Of a stretch of 41,436 nt of DNA, positions 37,270 to 41,436 are shown one piece after another. Positions within the stretch are counted from its first letter, which is position 1, and each line of letters opens with the position of its first letter. Below the pieces are notes generated by a model. The model was not told the DNA's origin. It saw only the letters and a program-made list of their open reading frames with translations, and ran no database searches. Both the position numbers and the translations under genes were made by a program. Source of the stretch: Octopus sinensis (taxonomy: Eukaryota); NCBI RefSeq assembly GCF_006345805.1, contig NW_021835244.1, positions 1-41,436 of the forward strand. Direction: 5' to 3'.

Positions 37270-38149
37270 TTGAGTCATCCCATTAATAATGCGTTTCTTT
37301 GATGCTTTTATTTTTTAATTAGGATCAACAAAGTTCGTTTCTAATCTAAAACAGACACTCCTTCATTTTCTACAATGCTCTTCCATCGATCTAACAGACC
37401 TGCAAAGCCCCTCTTCAAAAATTTACTTGTCCGTGACGGAATGTACTTCTCCAATGCTGTTCTGACCTCGTTTATAGAAATCATATTTTTTCCTTTCAAA
37501 TGATTTTCAAGACTGCGGAATAAATGATAATCAGATGGGGAAATGTCCGGCGAATATGATGGATGGGATATCGTTTCCCATTCAAACTAATCCAGTCTTT
37601 GGAATGTCACCGTCACTATATGTGGCTAAGCATTATCCTCATGGGAGAACACCTTTCGTATTGAAGCAAAATGTGGTCATTTTTTCTAGCGCAGATGTTG
37701 ATGAACGGTTGAATAACCAAATCCAAGCTTCTCTGCAAGTTCTTCAACAGTTACAATGAGATTTTCTTCCACCAGTGTTTACAGGACGTCCTGTCTTCAA
37801 GGCTGTCGTTTTCTGGTATTTCTGGAACCATCGTTGACACTGGCTTACGCTTATTGTCCGATCCCCATATACTACATTAATATTCCTCGCACTTTCCGTT
37901 GCGTTGTTGCCTTTATCAAACGCAGAAAGCAAAATATGCCAAATATGTTACTTTGTCACATCCAATATTGCTTTGAAAAAAGTAACTGCTAAAATCGAAC
38001 TGCACTCTTCAAAATTTGCACTAAGAATAAGCTCATGGTAAAAGTTACTACCTGTTTTTATAGCATGTTGACGCAGGTAGTTTATCCTATCCCCCTCTGA
38101 CTTTTAGTTCATACAGCGGAAAAACCGCAATATTTATGGTACGACCCAA
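37270..38149 (-). mobile_element. Internally deleted mariner with both TIRs (880 bp)
   Basis: TA-ttgagtcatcccattaataatgcg ... ccgcaatatttatggtacgacccaa-TA; N- and C-terminal transposase remnants with the centre deleted. Confidence 0.92.
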
Positions 38150-38408
38150 TATATATATATATATAATTTATTTCGTAATGAGACAAATTAACTCGAAACT
38201 GCAGTCCGTGCGTATCGCTTATGTTTACGAGAGAGGGATGACCTCCCTTTGCAAATACCATAAGAGCACAGAAAGTGTGCCTACAGCCAGCTGGAGACGA
38301 GGGGCTAAAAGCTACAGTAACACCCACCATTAGTGGTTTGCCATATTTATATGGCTAGTATACTTAACGTTGTCGAGCGCTTACTGTTTACATCTCCTTC
38401 AGAGATTA

Positions 38409-38452
<44 letters not shown>

Positions 38453-38565
38453 CATTTAAATTTAAAATAATAAGTGTGAAAAACTGAATATTAATTTAAT
38501 TTCATTTTAAAACCAGTGGTGTAGAATATCGAAAAATCTGAAGTTTCAGAAAAAAATTTATTACG

Positions 38566-38717
38566 TACATATAAGTTGAATGGCCTGTAAATGGACATCC
38601 ATTATGCTAGAAGAAGATCCGCTATGGTCTTATCATTCCATTGTTACTGGTAAGACCGTAGCGGATTTTCTTCTATCATAATGGATGTCCACTTACAGGT
38701 CATCCCTCTTATATGTA
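38566..38717. repeat. Fold-back inverted repeat, ~70-bp arms with 12-nt loop
   Basis: 38566-38635 pairs with 38648-38717. Confidence 0.9.
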
Positions 38718-38783
38718 TATATATATACATGTATATATATATACATTTGTGCAGATGCATACATAGATACATACATACATACA

Positions 38784-38846
<63 letters not shown>

Positions 38847-38984
38847 CGGAGATGTACTCGCATAGCAAGTAATTTGATCTGAGATCGTGTGCTGAAACGA
38901 ATACAATTGAAGCGTGGAAGGTGTTTATAAGCCATTTAAGAAACACACAAAAGCCGTCCGATTCACTTCAACATTTAAGTTTAA

Positions 38985-39034
38985 TTTGTCAAAATATTTT
39001 CGTCGCTAAAATCCGCGACCTGTTCACTGACAAA
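38985..39034 (-). ncRNA. Variant minimal hammerhead ribozyme with G3-C8 core (GUGAACA)
   Basis: Minus strand: tttgtca-GTGAACA-g-gtcgc ggatttta gcgac-GAA-AATATT-T-tgacaaa; perfect 7-bp stem I, 5-bp stem II, palindromic stem III. Confidence 0.75.
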
Positions 39035-39414
39035 GTCCGTGCTGCATCTAAGAAAGTAACATTTAGTTCGTCATATATATGTACGTATGTATGTGTGTAT
39101 GTATGCATACATGTGTGTATGTATGTACGTATGCATGTACGCACATACGCCTGTGTATGCATGTATGTATGTATGTATGTATGTATATATGTATGTGTGT
39201 GTATATGCACGCACATACACTCTATAAAACATAAAGCTATAAACCTGTAGCAATGGATGGATGTAGAGCGACCACTCATCACAACGCTATCAAATTTCAA
39301 CTTTCTACGGCCGAAGCTAGAAAGTGAATTTATGACGCTTACTCCCAAAACTATACCCTAAAATCTATTATCAGAATTTTTATCTCTATATCACAGAACT
39401 AATGTTTTACTATT

Positions 39415-39846
39415 GTGCGTATGTATGTATGTATGTATGTATGTATGTATGTGCGTATGTATGTATGTATGTATGTATGTATGTATGTATGTATGTATGT
39501 ATGTGTGTATGTATGTGTGTATGTACATACGTACGCATGTGCGTATGTATGTATACGCGCTCGTATGCATGTGCCCATGTATTTGTGTGCGTACATGTAC
39601 GTGCGTATGTACGTGTGTATGCCCATACGTAGGTATGTATGTATGTTTGTATCCATGTGCTACGTATGTATGTGAGTGTCTAGGAGAATGGGCAGATGTG
39701 TCTGTGAGAGTGTGTACATGTGTATGTGTATGTGAACGTATGTCCGTGTACTGGCATGTGTCCCTCCAAGTTGTGTACATGACTGTTACTTTGCTGAAGG
39801 TTGTATACATATTTACATATATGTTTGTATAGACGCACACACATAT
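39415..39846. repeat. (TATG)n and degenerate TG/TA microsatellite
   Basis: Direct reading; similar tracts at ~27485-27547, ~28095-28222, ~35000-35180 and ~39075-39220. Confidence 0.9.
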
Positions 39847-41436
39847 ATATATATGTGTGTGGGTGTGTGTTTGTTCCTCTCATCATCGTCTAACCGTGAA
39901 TGGATACAACGCCTAGGTGCAACTGTTCGTATCAAACAACGTCTGCTCATACCGTTGTATATAACTGCACATACGCATTGCAACCTGTATGTAAGGACTA
40001 CAGGTGAAAGGGAGAGAGAGAGGGGGGTAGTTATAGAATAGTCCTTCTGTGCCCTTATACTGCTGTGGATAGAGTCAGCTATGTGTTGTATAGATGTCAT
40101 CACCTGTTCTTCACTTGGTAGAGGGCCCATAACTGTGTCTGTATTATATTTCACAACAAGGTTAATGTCGTCGACGTAACGAGAGTACATAGCCAAGTGG
40201 ATGTTACGGTTTGCTAGGCACTTACCATAGACTACCCCTCTAAACACCCCAGTAAACGATTACCCGTCCTAAATACTGAGCTATGGATGGAAGATGCTAT
40301 GGTTAATGGTACCATTAAACCATGTATACTCCACTCACACTATCAGAAACCGATGGCTAATCCACTAGTAATCCGTAGTGACTCAGCTATGTCGGATACT
40401 GCCAAACTCAACATCCTAGTGGCAGACTTAGTTAGAGTAATGAGGAATGTATCACCACTATGCCAACCACAAGAACGACAACAACACATCCAGCACAACA
40501 TATTCCGAATGCAACACTCCGGATACACACTAGACGATAGAGTCAGGGTATACAAAGGAGCGAAAGCTATATTCGAACGCATTCTAAGGAACGACGAAAA
40601 CGGTATATGCCCCCTGTACCGCAACAAGTTCTGGAATAGGTTAGAGAGGGACACCAACAAAAAGATGAGAAACGTTACTTGGTACGATAACAGGAGATTT
40701 CACGGAGTGATATTCGTTGACGCCACACCTAAGAACGAGCTAAGTAGGGCATTCAAGAAAGTCCTGCGCACTACGGGCCTAAAAGTTAAGGTTGTAGAAA
40801 AGACAGGTAGGACTATCAAATCGGCATTATGCAGATCATATCCATTTGATAGAATCACCTGTCAAAGTAATTGTGCAGTATGTTCGACAAATCCACATGT
40901 AAATTGTAAAACCAAGGGCACTGTATACCAGATTAAGTGCCAGGAGGGAGCTTGCGCGACTAACCCAGAGTCATACATAGGTGAGACCTCTAGAAGCATC
41001 AATGATAGGTTCAAAGAACACCTGGACAACTACATTGAAAGGAAGCCAAACTCCATCTTCTACCAACATGCTGTAGACTGCCACAAGGGATCCTTAGGGG
41101 AGCTTAAGTTGAACATCCTAGCAACACATCCCACCGATGCAATGTTGAGACAGGTCACAGAAGCTGTTTGTATACAAGAATACAAACCTACTCTCAACCG
41201 AAAGTCCGAATGGAATAACATCCAGATCCCATTCAGAAGGACTATTCTATAACCACCCCTCTCTCTCTCTCCCTTTCACCTGTAGTCCTTACATACAGGT
41301 TGCAATGCGTATGTGCAGTTATATACAACGGTATGAGCAGACGTTGTTTGATACGAATAGTTGCACCTAGGCGTTGTATCCATTCACGGTTAGACGATGA
41401 TGAGAGGAACAAACACACACCCACACACATATATAT
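39847..41436 (+). mobile_element. 5'-truncated Penelope-like element (Naiad-like) with inverted terminal copy and inverted RT segment
   Basis: ~203-bp inverted repeats 39847-40049 / 41234-41436, both ending in (TA)n; YVDD segment on the minus strand at 40050-40223. Confidence 0.92.
40224..41252 (+). CDS. PLE ORF remnant: RT C-terminus/thumb + GIY-YIG endonuclease (5'-truncated, no native start)
   Basis: Stop-free frame TIDYPSKHPSKRLPVL...HYQKPM...SGY...TVYQIKC...SYIGETSRSINDRFKEH...RQVTEAVCI...PTLNRKSEW. Confidence 0.9.
   Translation, partial: TIDYPSKHPSKRLPVLNTELWMEDAMVNGTIKPCILHSHYQKPMANPLVIRSDSAMSDTAKLNILVADLVRVMRNVSPLCQPQERQQHIQHNIFRMQHSGYTLDDRVRVYKGAKAIFERILRNDENGICPLYRNKFWNRLERDTNKKMRNVTWYDNRRFHGVIFVDATPKNELSRAFKKVLRTTGLKVKVVEKTGRTIKSALCRSYPFDRITCQSNCAVCSTNPHVNCKTKGTVYQIKCQEGACATNPESYIGETSRSINDRFKEHLDNYIERKPNSIFYQHAVDCHKGSLGELKLNILATHPTDAMLRQVTEAVCIQEYKPTLNRKSEWNNIQIPFRRTIL

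Noticed and set aside
33074-39846. Next host exon downstream of exon E
   Set aside because: No phase-1 acceptor with a convincing open frame found (e.g. tttag at ~33499 hits a stop within 4 codons); probably beyond the window.
789-39886. Dozens of ORFs rich in [12 protein letters not shown], poly-N/D/S/H/L
   Set aside because: Translations of (TATG)n, (TATC)n, (TA)n, (TAA)n and (CAT)n microsatellites; no coding evidence.
41253-41436. SECIS element or hammerhead in the Naiad-like 3' UTR (atgagcagac...gtttgat)
   Set aside because: Stem too short and no apical AA for a SECIS, no in-frame TGA in the ORF, and no CUGANGA/GAAA core.

Overview
AT-rich, microsatellite-dense animal genomic DNA. The SINE families and repeat landscape look like Octopus or another coleoid cephalopod (inferred from recognition, not searched). 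Most of the window is intronic or flanking DNA of one + strand host gene. Five exons can be read by eye (14680-14739, 15510-15581, 24911-25068, 28663-28754, 32890-33073) and splice in frame into LRR - LRRCT - a 12-Cys Ly6/uPAR-like three-finger domain; both ends of the gene lie outside what I can identify. The rest is mobile DNA: (1) a co-oriented stack of R4/Dong-type RLE non-LTR retrotransposons in a (TAA)n array (1-7000), and a second RLE family associated with (CATA)n; (2) several Penelope-like elements (PLEs), including a young Naiad-like copy with a precise internal inversion; (3) short (TA)n-adjacent elements carrying minimal hammerhead ribozyme motifs, two of which show C3-G8 / G3-C8 covariation; (4) Mag-like Gypsy relics, mariners, a mini-Helitron, tRNA-SINEs and an L1/Tx1 relic. 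A ~3 kb intronic inversion with an inverted breakpoint duplication can be reconstructed. Most ORFs in the supplied track are microsatellite or antisense artefacts.
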